A stretch of 63,392 bases of DNA, the filler included, from Octopus bimaculoides (taxonomy: Eukaryota), in NCBI RefSeq assembly GCF_001194135.2. It is 7 parts of 6 records of this genome, joined end to end, with 100 filler letters (N's around TTAATTAATTAA, not from the genome) between each part and the next. Parts side by side here need not be neighbours in the genome. Positions count along the whole stretch, not along the records: positions 1 to 8,804 come from NC_068981.1; positions 8,905 to 16,226 come from NC_068997.1; 5 more parts are not named here. One strand, 5' to 3'. The position numbers and the translations under genes are program-made. This document shows positions 1 through 10,357 of this stretch, in pieces. A model generated the notes under the pieces. The model ran no database searches and was not told the DNA's origin. It saw only the letters and a list, made by a program, of their open reading frames with translations. Each line of letters opens with the position of its first letter. Position 1 is the stretch's first letter.

Positions 1-60
<60 letters not shown>

Positions 61-97
61 TTAAACACGGAGGTGTTATTCAAATTCTTTTACATCC

Positions 98-174
98 GAC
101 ACATGTTTCGAAGATATCACTGGTATTATTCCAAAGGAATAAAATGATGTAAAACAATGTAATTTTCTCTTCAG
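98..174 (-). ncRNA. Degenerate hammerhead-ribozyme-like motif (Penelope-type minimal HHR)
   Basis: Minus strand reads CTGAAGA-G...(long imperfect hairpin incl. TTATTCC/GGAATAA)...CTTC-GAAA-CATGT-GTC. Both core boxes, a palindromic ACATGT stem III and a GUC triplet are present; stem I pairing is weak. Confidence 0.4.
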
Positions 175-2410
175 AAAAATGAAGAAATGAAACTGGTCAA
201 TAAGACATTCTAACAGAATATGATGGATAAGTATAGTAATTCAGTGAAGGCTATTAAGTTTGTTTTAAAAAACGTTAGAGGATATAACGTCAAAGGTAGC
301 CTATGGAAAGAGTAGGGGTAAAGGAAAGAAAAAAACCCAAATAAATGAGTATATAACGATATGTAAATTAAATAAAACCCTAAAGTCTTGGGAAAAAGAT
401 ATATATAGTGAATGTGAAATGCAAGAAGGAAATTAATGTTTACATCGGTATGCACGCTCTATAACCGTGTTTACAAGGGGAGTTCTAGAAAAAAGAATAA
501 AAAATAGTCCAGAATTACAGAGAAGACACGCGCACGCGCACACAAACACCGCCTACAAGTACACACTCAAAAGGAGTTTTATTAACATATACGTATGTTT
601 GTTTGAGCGAGTAACCTCTGTCACTCCATTAATGGCATTACTCAGGAAATATCATTCAGCCCTGGTATGTAATAGTAAGTAATTTAAGAGGACAGTTACT
701 TTATTTTATAGATACATGAGCGTTTTTCACAGTACAATTGCCATTGAAATGGCCTTTGATTGGCCGTAATATAATTCTCGTTTACACAAGTAAAGAATAT
801 TTTACGAGAGCAGGACACTTTAGTAGAATTTCCATTACAGATTTTTGTACGTCTTAGTGAAATGTAGAGAAAGCAAGTTACGTAATTCCTTGCATACTAA
901 GCATGCAAACTAAAAATTCAGTCTCACTATCGTTCAAGCGTTATTCTTCTTTGAGAAGTTGTATGTTTGCATATTAACAATATGCTATTTGCGTATCACT
1001 CTCGCCACCTGTTCATTATAGGAATGTGATATATTGCTTAAAAGCACGTGCATCTGAAGATAAAAATTACCTATTCCAAAGATATTTGCTACTAATTTGT
1101 GAAAAGTATCAGAGGGATGATTGTAAATTGTTTTTTAAAAATAACTTCTCCTCTGTCATTTGATACTGGAAAAAAATATCTCTCAATCTAACGTCATATC
1201 TAAAAACTAAATTGTTGCGTGATAGCTATCAACGATGGCTTTTCAAACACAATACGCTATAATAAAATATATCTTCTCTAAAAGTAAACTAAATAATGAA
1301 TGTTCATATTTTGTGCGCTCTTTGACAGAGTAGGATGTAAAATTGGAATTCAGTAACCTTATGTAGACCAAGTCTAAAGTAAATTCACAAATTTCAACCT
1401 CATCAGTGGTACGTAAACATAAATAAAACAAATGTTCTCTGTTCATCACCCAAAAATCATTTCCGAAAAGAACAAAAAGAAAAGAAAGCATTCTGCATTG
1501 TTTGCGAAACGTGTGCGCGCATGTATGTATACGTGCTTTACTAATGTATGAGATTGTATTAGCTAAGACTCAGTTTTGTAAAATAGACCGTTTAGTAATT
1601 CAGAAAGAACCTACAATTTATTTTGTTAGATCAAAATAAATATTACGACGTCATTCTATTACTAACCGATTTATTCAATAAAGTAGGGTATGGTGTTTTT
1701 TATTTCCTGAAATAATTGGATCTACTCTACATTCAAGGCTGAGCTGCCGTGTCTTTTTATCTATGTCGACATGGCTGATTAACCTGGCTGATTAACCTCG
1801 ATCTAAGGTTAAGGTGGCTACAGAAATGTATTTCTTTTATGCTCTTTAGCTTGATAATAGTGAACGGGCAAATAAAATAACTCTCTCATCTATTCTAACT
1901 GCTTTGGTAATATATTTTGGTTCTTGATTGATGTGATATAAGTATTTTTACGGGAATTGTTATCGCTAAAGGTTAAGGAATTGTATAGTAAACTATATAA
2001 TGCTTTTGTCTAAACTATAGATATTTTTATTATTATCAGAATAAAACATGGGAGCTATTCAAATGATATACGCTGATTTTTATATGTCTCTATAAGCGAG
2101 CATTGGAGTTGTAAAATTTAACATCTATACAAGCCCAAATCGATTCTTTTCAAATATATTGAGATACATGTTGGGAAGAGAAAGTCTTTGCGACTTAATT
2201 CTTCATCTGTTACCGTCATCGCTATCTGGTTTTTCATTATCAAAAAAGTAAGCTTACTGTCAAATTTTCGTCAGAAAAAAACCTTCCGTCTTTTCAAATA
2301 GAGCATTCGGTTAACATTTCCTGGAAAATATTGTAATATTCTTGGTAGAAAAGTTTAACGGATATTGGAATGTATCGAGATGGAATTCGTTTTATTACAC
2401 TATTCTAATG

Positions 2411-2502
2411 CATATCCATACATACATGCATGCATACATTCATGCATACATTCATGCATACATACATACATGCATACGTTCGTTCATGCATACATTCATG
2501 CA

Positions 2503-2538
<36 letters not shown>

Positions 2539-2688
2539 CACTCATCCATCCATCCATCCATCCATCCATTCATAATACATACATGCATACATACTTAAAC
2601 ACACACGCACTTACATACAGAAAGAGAGATGGGTGGATGTATATATATTTATATGAATACATTTATGTCTATATATCTATATTTCTGC

Positions 2689-2735
<47 letters not shown>
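2411..2735. repeat. Compound microsatellite (TACA/TGCA/TCCA/TA)n
   Basis: Directly visible; explains the H/T/Y/I ORFs at 2342-2798. Confidence 0.95.
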
Positions 2736-2738
<3 letters not shown>

Positions 2739-2744
2739 TTTTAT

Positions 2745-2912
2745 TCATTTATTTGCTTCAGTCATTTGACTGCGGCCATGTTGGAGCACCGCCATTAGTC
2801 GAGCAAATCGACCCCAGAACTTATTCTTTGTCAGCCTTATTCTACAATCTATTTTCCTGAACCGCTAAGTTACGGGGAGCTTAGAACACCAGCATCGGTT
2901 GGTGGGGACAAA
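2745..2912 (-). mobile_element. tRNA-derived SINE, 3' part (family B)
   Basis: Shares cagtcatttgactgcggccatgctggagcaccgcc...gaaccgctaagttacgggg with copies at 14425, 21675, 38935, 52205 and 60285. Confidence 0.75.
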
Positions 2913-2956
2913 CAAAGACATACACACACACGCGCGCGCGCGCACGCGCACACGCG

Positions 2957-2990
<34 letters not shown>

Positions 2991-3350
2991 CATATATATA
3001 TGTTCATGTGTGTGTATGTATGCGTGCATGTGTCTGTGTATGTAATTTCTAATTTGGCATGCGTACATATATCTCAATGAAGGGGAATAAGGTGTACTGC
3101 AACAAAATTAATTTTCCACAAACAGAAACTATTTCGCATAGTAATAACACATCTTGTCGACGAAAGAGAACGATAGAAGAGGTAAGGGACTGAAAAAAAA
3201 AAAACAAATAAAGAGAAAGTAAAGTAAGTGCTAGTATAGCTTCACTGAACTAAATCTTCTTTTAGGCGGTGTAGCAGCATTGGCGCGGTCTTATGACTGA
3301 AACAATTAATATATAAAAGATAAACGGCACCCATATACACAGTCAAACAT

Positions 3351-3384
<34 letters not shown>

Positions 3385-3399
3385 ACACCCTTGCGCAAA

Positions 3400-3830
3400 A
3401 TCACATATGTTGGATGATATAGGAAAATAGAGAAACTCCATATCGTAATATGCTTTTGCAATCTTCGGCATAAAAGAAAAAAAAAAAAATTCAGAATAAT
3501 ATTTGACGTTGTGATTGCCTAGAAAGTTTTGAAACATTTGTGAAATCTCTCATCGCGTATCAATTTCCTAATCTTTGAGGCACCGAAAATGCTTTCCTTA
3601 AATCTAGATGTACTGATGTGAAAAAATATATTTTCCAGCTATTGGAATTTTGTTTATACTTTAACAACAGCATTTTACTAAAACCCCGAACTTAATGTGG
3701 AGGAGGAACAAACGCTTTCACAGTCGCAACAACTGAACCGTGCAAGGCATTTTCCCTCGTGAGCAAGTGATAAATATTAGTCCAGTTTCTCTGCAGATTC
3801 TCTTACATAGAATAAACAAAACTATTCAGT
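3400..3830 (-). mobile_element. Chapaev3-like (CMC) DNA transposase remnant
   Basis: Frameshifted minus-strand peptides PPPH(I)KFGV, FKESIFGASKIRKLIRDERF and FQNFLGNHNVKYYSE. They resemble the recalled PPLHIKLG / KEGIFVGPQIRKL / FLGNxKxxNY blocks of this transposase family. Confidence 0.55.
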
Positions 3831-4019
3831 GTAATTGAGTTTCTACTTTAGAACAATAGAAATGACCATCCCCATAGACATTGCCCCTCATTTTCATGAT
3901 ACCGCATGTGAAAATACCCTTTTAGATAGTCACAGCGTAGAATGTATTTCCGATATGAAGAACGACTGATTGGATAGTAGAAGGGTCAATTATTGACACT
4001 TCTACTTTCCAATCAAGCG

Positions 4020-4201
4020 CAGGCATGGCTGTGGGGTTAAGAAACTCACTCTGCAACACATTGTTTCAGGTTCCGACCCACTTCGTGGTACCTTTGGGAT
4101 GTGTCTTTTATTGTAACTCTGGACTATCTAGTACTTGGTGAGTGAATATGTTCGATAGAAAATGCATGGAAGCCTGTCATATATACATACATATATATAT
4201 G

Positions 4202-4254
<53 letters not shown>

Positions 4255-4510
4255 CATGTGTGTGTGTATGTGTGTACATACACCTACATACACAAACACA
4301 CACATATTTGCATATACGTGTTTGTATGGGGTTTTGTGTTTATCCACCACCACCACCGCTTGGGAGCGGTGTTGTTTTATTTCCGTTTCATAAATTTATG
4401 ATTCGCCAGAACACATCAACAAAATAAGTACCAGGTGTAAAATGAATACTGGGGCCAATTTATTCGAATCAGTGTCGCAGCATGGCCACAGTTCCATGAA
4501 TGAAGCAAGT
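4020..4510 (+). mobile_element. SINE (family B) split by a microsatellite block
   Basis: 5' tRNA-like head ggcatggctgtggggttaag...ggttccgaccc at 4020-4145; 3' part aagtaccagg...actggggcc...cagcatggccacag at 4400-4510. Confidence 0.65.
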
Positions 4511-5199
4511 AACTAATGAAAATACTTCGTTAATTTCGTTACTATGAGCCGCATCAAAACGGTTGCCGAATAGAAACACATTCTTATCAAATTGTACGAG
4601 GTTCAAAGTCTTATCTAGATATTAAGTGCGTAGCTTTCGTCTTCACTACTTCAAATCACTGGCTCAGTGACTTACATATTCGTCGCTTTTTGACAGCAAT
4701 GGTAACATAGGATGTTGGATCAGTAATGTTTTGTTATGTCCCAACGCTACTACTATCTAGCACCCTCGGATGATCTCTACTCAACCGCTACACAACTGCT
4801 ACTCCACTGCTACTCAACACTCCTACCACGGCCAGACTACCTCTATTTATATGTCTTGGGAGATCCTACTTCTTCGCCTGGGGGCGTCGACACAACAGTT
4901 TTCACCTGTTTCTACGTAATATGCTGTATAGTTGTTTATCATTTAACATAACGCATGCAGGTGCATTTGTTACAAGAAGTTGGGCACCGGTTCAAAATTG
5001 CCGAAAATAGATGTGGGTATATTATAATACACGTATTAAAAAAGCTGAGATAAAGGCCTGTCCTACAATAATCGGTTTCAATCTTGATTCGGGGTTTAAA
5101 TTATTGACGGGAGTTGTTTCACCACCCTATGCACAACAGGAGAGATCCAATTTTGGCCTAATCAACGTAAATAATTTTTATGCCTCTTTGTATTATTAA

Positions 5200-5490
5200 G
5201 AGTATTGGTCGCTTTTCAAAGTTCTACGAAAGAACAAGCTGTGTCTATTTTCGTTAATGCAAGGCATTCCTTTACAGTAAAATAAGCCAATTCCAGAGAG
5301 CATACGACTTTACTTTAATGCCCTGCCCTATCTAACATTGTCTCAAAACAGATCACAGAGGAAAAGGAACCCATCATCTTTAAACGAAATCTGGAAATAC
5401 TTCTGCAAAGAATACAAAATAAGCCACCAGTAACTAGATAAAACTCACTCACAGTAGAATCCCTACTCGATTGGGCCATAATACTACACA
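5200..5490 (+). mobile_element. LINE 3' end remnant (L2/CR1-group-like)
   Basis: Frameshifted peptide LYFNALP / KQITEEKEPIIFKRNLEILLQRIQNKPP...SLLDW resembles the C-terminus of CR1/L2-group ORF2. Confidence 0.55.
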
Positions 5491-6676
5491 ACTTGCCTTA
5501 AAGAGGAATTAGCAAATTCTGTCAGTTGGTGCAATTAAATTAGACATGGTCCGGACCAATGTTTGGTCCAGATATATCAAAGTTATTTAAGTTAAGTTTA
5601 CATACACACACACACACACACACACACATGCAAATTTAGGGATTGGAACAGGTAAAAATCCCAGTAACATATGTCANNNNNNNNNNNNNNNNNNNNNNNN
5701 NNNNNNNNNNNNNNNNNNNNNNNNNNNNNNNNNNNNNNNNNNNNNNNNNNNNNNNNNNNNNNNNNNNNNNNNNNNNNNNNNNNNNNNNNNNNNNNNNNNN
5801 NNNNNNNNNNNNNNNNNNNNNNNNNNNNNNNNNNNNNNNNNNNNNNNNNNNNNNNNNNNNNNNNNNNNNNNNNNNNNNNNNNNNNNNNNNNNNNNNNNNN
5901 NNNNNNNNNNNNNNNNNNNNNNNNNNNNNNNNNNNNNNNNNNNNNNNNNNNNNNNNNNNNNNNNNNNNNNNNNNNNNNNNNNNNNNNNNNNNNNNNNNNN
6001 NNNNNNNNNNNNNNNNNNNNNNNNNNNNNNNNNNNNNNNNNNNNNNNNNNNNNNNNNNNNNNNNNNNNNNNNNNNNNNNNNNNNNNNNNNNNNNNNNNNN
6101 NNNNNNNNNNNNNNNNNNNNNNNNNNNNNNNNNNNNNNNNNNNNNNNNNNNNNNNNNNNNNNNNNNNNNNNNNNNNNNNNNNNNNNNNNNNNNNNNNNNN
6201 NNNNNNNNNNNNNNNNNNNNNNNNNNNNNNNNNNNNNNNNNNNNNNNNNNNNNNNNNNNNNNNNNNNNNNNNNNNNNNNNNNNNNNNNNNNNNNNNNNNN
6301 NNNNNNNNNNNNNNNNNNNNNNNNNNNNNNNNNNNNNNNNNNNNNNNNNNNNNNNNNNNNNNNNNNNNNNNNNNNNNNNNNNNNNNNNNNNNNNNNNNNN
6401 NNNNNNNNNNNNNNNNNNNNNNNNNNNNNNNNNNNNNNNNNNNNNNNNNNNNNNNNNNNNNNNNNNNNNNNNNNNNNNNNNNNNNNNNNNNNNNNNNNNN
6501 NNNNNNNNNNNNNNNNNNNNNNNNNNNNNNNNNNNNNNNNNNNNNNNNNNNNNNNNNNNNNNNNNNNNNNNNNNNNNNNNNNNNNNNNNNNNNNNNNNNN
6601 NNNNNNNNNNNNNNNNNNNNNNNNNNNNNNNNNNNNNNNNNNNNNNNNNNNNNNNNNNNNNNNNNNNNNNNNNNNN

Positions 6677-6710
<34 letters not shown>

Positions 6711-6876
6711 TATGTGTGTGTGTGTATGTGTGTGTGTGTGTGTGATCGTAAACCTGTATGCATTGTATTTATGTATCTGAGGTGGCGTATATTTAAGTCA
6801 TCTTATAAATGTACAGATAAAATACACAAATATACATGCTTGCACATACACATACACACACTCACAGACTCACACA

Positions 6877-6908
<32 letters not shown>

Positions 6909-6958
6909 TTTATATATATTTATATAGTTACATGTATACACACTCGCACATACACACA

Positions 6959-7017
<59 letters not shown>

Positions 7018-7339
7018 GTATTCTTCTGCGTATGTTTGTGTGGAACTATTAATATAAATGTTAAAGAAAAAAAAGACAGAGAAAATAGATTGAATAACAC
7101 GAAAGAATTTGGTGATAGAGACATCACAGTATTCTTGCAATAAATAGTTAGGAAAGTTGAAAAGTAAACATAAGAACTTGTTGGCAAACTATCACAAGAG
7201 AGAACTCGAAAAAAATGTAGTGAAATGTTAATGTTATGTCAGCGTAGATATTGAATCCTCGAAGTTAGGTTTTATGAGATTCACCATAATGAAACAAAAT
7301 GAATGATTGTCATAGTATTATTATCAGGAACTCAATTGA

Positions 7340-7470
7340 CTATGTGAAGAAGGAACTCGTTAGCATCCATGCGGTTTCCGGTTCAGTCCGGCAATGCGAC
7401 ACCTTGGACAAATTTCATTTATTATAGTTCGGGGTTGAACAATGCTTGGTGAGTGAATTTGGTAGGTGGA
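7340..7470 (+). mobile_element. SINE 5' part (family B)
   Basis: tgtgaagaag...ggtttccggttcagtccggc...accttggacaa...gtgagtgaatttggtagg matches the family head. Confidence 0.6.
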
Positions 7471-7561
7471 AAATCTGTAGATAACCTGACGCTGAATACC
7501 GCGACTAGTTATAAGAGGGACCGGCCTTACGTGTCAGTACGCAGGCTCTAATTTACGGTCT

Positions 7562-7609
7562 CTGTTACTGATGAAGAGATGACCATTCCGAAAAGCATGA
7601 ATCCAACAG
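7562..7609 (+). ncRNA. Hammerhead-ribozyme-like motif upstream of the Penelope fragment
   Basis: CTGTTA-CTGATGA-agagatgaccattcc-GAAA-agcatga-ATC-CAACAG. Core boxes are intact and CTGTT/AACAG can form stem I; stems II and III are degraded. Same strand as, and about 90 bp upstream of, the PLE ORF. Confidence 0.5.
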
Positions 7610-7694
7610 TCTGTTTAAAGGGGTGAGCTAACTCTGTGTATATACACCTGTTTCTGATATAATACAGTAAATTATCCTCTTACGGATTCTAATA

Positions 7695-8324
7695 ATGCAT
7701 AGTAAGAAGTTTGTGATAGTGTATAACCAAAAACAACTTCCGTTTTTAGATATCCTCATTAAGAAAGTAGGGAACAAAATAGAGACAGATATCTATTACA
7801 AACCCACGAACTCGAAACAGTACCTGCCATTTAATTCTTGCCACCGGAGACACATCAGGATGAATATCTCCTTTCGTTTAGCCAAAAGAATATGCACAAT
7901 AGTATCAGACACAAACACCCGTTACACACGACTCCAAGAACTAAAAACTGCACTCATCAATAGGAATTTCCCTCAACCCTTAATCGACAATACGATCCAA
8001 CGAGTCCTTAAATTCAATACACAAGAACTTGGACAACCAAGACCAAAAAAGGAAGAAAAAACATCCTGCCTTACAACTCCACATAACAATGAGGCCTTCA
8101 ACACTATACTCCATAGCACAGCTCTACTCAAGAGAGACCCAAAAATGAATCAAATCCTGCAAACACACTCCATGAACAAAAGTAATAGACATCCCAAATC
8201 AATGAAGAAGATTTTAACCCAGGCCAAATAACACTCAGCAATAACCACAAAGCCGAGAGTAAAAGAGTGCAGGATCTGTATCAACGTAATAGAAGGATCA
8301 GAATAGCGATTGGAACTAGGCCAA
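7695..8324 (+). mobile_element. Penelope-like retroelement fragment (RT C-terminus/linker up to the start of the GIY-YIG region)
   Basis: ORF 7695-8231 contains LPFLDILI...TDIYYKPTNSKQYLPFNSCH...FRLAKRICTIVS...RLQELKTALINRNFP, typical of PLE RT C-termini. It continues after a stop as KPRVKECRIC. Confidence 0.85.
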
Positions 8325-8325
8325 T

Positions 8326-8650
8326 CACTATTCCAATCTTCAGCCCAAATATTCTGATAAATTTGAAAGTGTCTCTAAAAAAATTCACGTATATTTTATA
8401 TTTGATATCTCTAAGTTGGATGGTTAAACCGTAATTCCTCCCCACGGGACTTCTTTTCATACGGGACTATTTGTGACGCACATGGAATAGATTTCTTTTG
8501 AGGTGAGATGCCTGAACTCACTAGCCGATGAATTCGCAAGTGCCTTTCTTATCGTTGATTTTTGGTGTCGCATGGCCAAAAATTACCGTGAATTTTTTTA
8601 GAGACACTTTCAGATTTATCAGAATATTTGGGCTGAAGATTGGAATAGTG
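8326..8650. mobile_element. Non-autonomous DNA element (MITE) with ~64-bp TIRs, CACTA...TAGTG ends (CMC-like)
   Basis: cactattccaatcttcagcccaaatattctgataaatttgaaagtgtctctaaaaaaattcacg is the near-perfect reverse complement of 8587-8650. Flanks caat/aaat may be an imperfect 4-bp TSD. Confidence 0.75.
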
Positions 8651-8903
8651 AAATTTCCATTCACTTAACCATGAAACGATTCGTATCCAATTAACTTAAG
8701 GCTTGGTTTGTTTACGCTTTTCCCTCCGGTTTTTTGTTCTATGTGTGCCATAAATATCGCCATCCGCTTTAGAGAAAAATTTGTAGTTTGGAATCAGTAG
8801 TTCTNNNNNNNNNNNNNNNNNNNNNNNNNNNNNNNNNNNNNNNNNNNNTTAATTAATTAANNNNNNNNNNNNNNNNNNNNNNNNNNNNNNNNNNNNNNNN
8901 NNN

Positions 8904-9004
8904 NTAGTTTCCGTTTGTTTTCGTTGGTTTCCGTTTGTTTTCGTTGGTTTCCGTTACTTTCCGTTACATTCCGTTGGTTTCCATTATTTTCCGTTATATT
9001 CCGT
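8904..9004. repeat. 10-bp tandem repeat (tttccgttgg variants)
   Basis: Directly visible next to a gap. Confidence 0.85.
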
Positions 9005-9478
9005 TAGCGGCACATATGGGGAGCCCTATGGCACACATAGGAGGGTCCCACATTCTGAGCGGCACATATGGGGAACCCAATGGCAAACTTACGAGAGTAG
9101 CACATCAATGGCGGCACACCCTGGGCGGCACATATGGGGAGCCCAATGGCACACTTTCGAGGGTGGCACATCATTGGCGGCACATGTGGGGAGCCCAATG
9201 GCACACTTTCGAGGGTGGCACATCCTGAGCGGCACATATGGGGAGCCCAATGACACACTTACGGGGGTGGCACATCATTGGTGGCACACACTGGGCGGCA
9301 CGTATGGGGAGCCCATTGACACACTTTCGAGGGTTGCACATCATTGGCGGCACATATGGGGAGCCTAATAGCACACTTACGAGGGTGGCACATCATTGTC
9401 GGCACACCCTGGGGGAACATATGGGGAGCCCAATGGCACACTTTCGAGGGTGGCACATCTTTAGCGGCACATCCTGGG
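9005..9478 (+). repeat. GC-rich ~52-bp minisatellite array
   Basis: Unit approx. gcggcacatatggggagcccaatggcacactttcgagggtggcacatcattg, about 8-9 copies with extra ~15-bp subunits. Confidence 0.9.
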
Positions 9479-9501
9479 TGGTATTTGTTTTCCTAACATT
9501 T

Positions 9502-9568
9502 ACCCTAACCCTAGGCCTAACCCTAACCCTAACCCTAACCCCAACCCTAACCCTAACCCTAGCCCTAG
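9502..9568. repeat. Interstitial telomeric repeat (CCCTAA)n
   Basis: About 11 hexamers, some variant (ccctag, cccaa). Confidence 0.9.
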
Positions 9569-9611
9569 GAGAGCAAGGAGTTAGCAGCGGGTGGAGAGCA
9601 AGGAGATAGCA

Positions 9612-9918
9612 TTAGGATGTGCCACCCAGGATATGCCACCCTCGTAAGTTTGCCATAGGGCTCTCCATATGTGCCGCTAAGGATGTGCCACCAAAGATAT
9701 GCCACCCTCGTAAGTGTGCCATAGGGCTCTCCATATGTACCGCCAAGGATGTGCCGCCAAGGATGTGCCGCCAAGGATGTGCCGCCAAAATGTACCACCC
9801 TCGTAAGTGTGCCTTAGGGCTCTCCATATGTACCGCCGAGGATGTGCCACCCTCGCAAATGTGCCATATGGCTTCCCATATGTGCCGCCCAAGATGTGCC
9901 GCTAAAATGTGCCACCCT
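9612..9918 (-). repeat. Inverted copy of the ~52-bp minisatellite family
   Basis: gatatgccaccctcgtaagtgtgccatagggctctccatatgtgccgc is the reverse complement of the 9005-9478 unit. Interspersed 14-bp ggatgtgccgccaa subunits. Confidence 0.9.
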
Positions 9919-9952
9919 TTTGATGCAAATTTTAGATAAAAACTTAGATGAA

Positions 9953-10042
9953 AACGAGGCTCTGGAATGAAAACGAGGCTCTGGATTGAAGACGAGGCTC
10001 TGGAATGAAAACGAGGCTCTGGATTGAAAAGGAGGCTCTGGA
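9953..10042. repeat. 19-20 bp tandem repeat (gaggctctggaatgaaaac)
   Basis: About 5 copies visible. Confidence 0.9.
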
Positions 10043-10076
10043 ATGATTAGCTCATTAGAAACATGTAACCAAATAT

Positions 10077-10306
10077 GAAGGTGGCCAGCTGGCAGAAACG
10101 TTAGCACGCCGGGCAAAATGTTTAGCGGTATTTTGTCTCCTGCTATGTTCTGAGTTCAAATTCAGCCGAGGTCGACTTTGCCTTTAATACTTTCGGAGTC
10201 ATTAAATTAAGTACCAGTGAAATACTCGAGTCGATTAAATCGACTAGTCACCTCCCACAAAATTTCAGGTGTTGTGCCTATAGTAGAAAGGATTATTATT
10301 ATTATT
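10077..10306 (+). mobile_element. tRNA-derived SINE (family A, Meta/MESC-like core)
   Basis: A-box-like gctggcagaa, B-box gagttcaaattc, core gaggtcgactttgcctt...aagtaccag resembling the Meta-SINE central domain, and a (TTA)n tail. Confidence 0.8.
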
Positions 10307-10326
10307 GATGTCGGAGTTTTGCTGTT

Positions 10327-10357
<31 letters not shown>

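Noticed and set aside
780-1000. Possible PIF1/Helitron helicase trace (HTTSQRRITLER)
   Set aside because: A single weak motif with no supporting neighbours.
4732-4953. Possible solo LTR (TGTTATGT...ACATAACG)
   Set aside because: No TSD, the terminal CA is missing, and there is no second copy.
5636-7057. Long ORFs spanning N runs (also 23238-24004, 34454-35851, 48372-48849)
   Set aside because: Open only because N codons are not stops.
8849-8860. TTAATTAATTAA islands inside N runs (also 16271, 31581, 47156, 51981, 59374)
   Set aside because: An identical six-frame-stop spacer placed in gaps; an assembly artefact.
8935-9939. GTYGEP/AAH repeat ORFs and a CRISPR-like appearance
   Set aside because: Contiguous tandem minisatellite with no unique spacers and no cas genes; the unit length is not a multiple of three.
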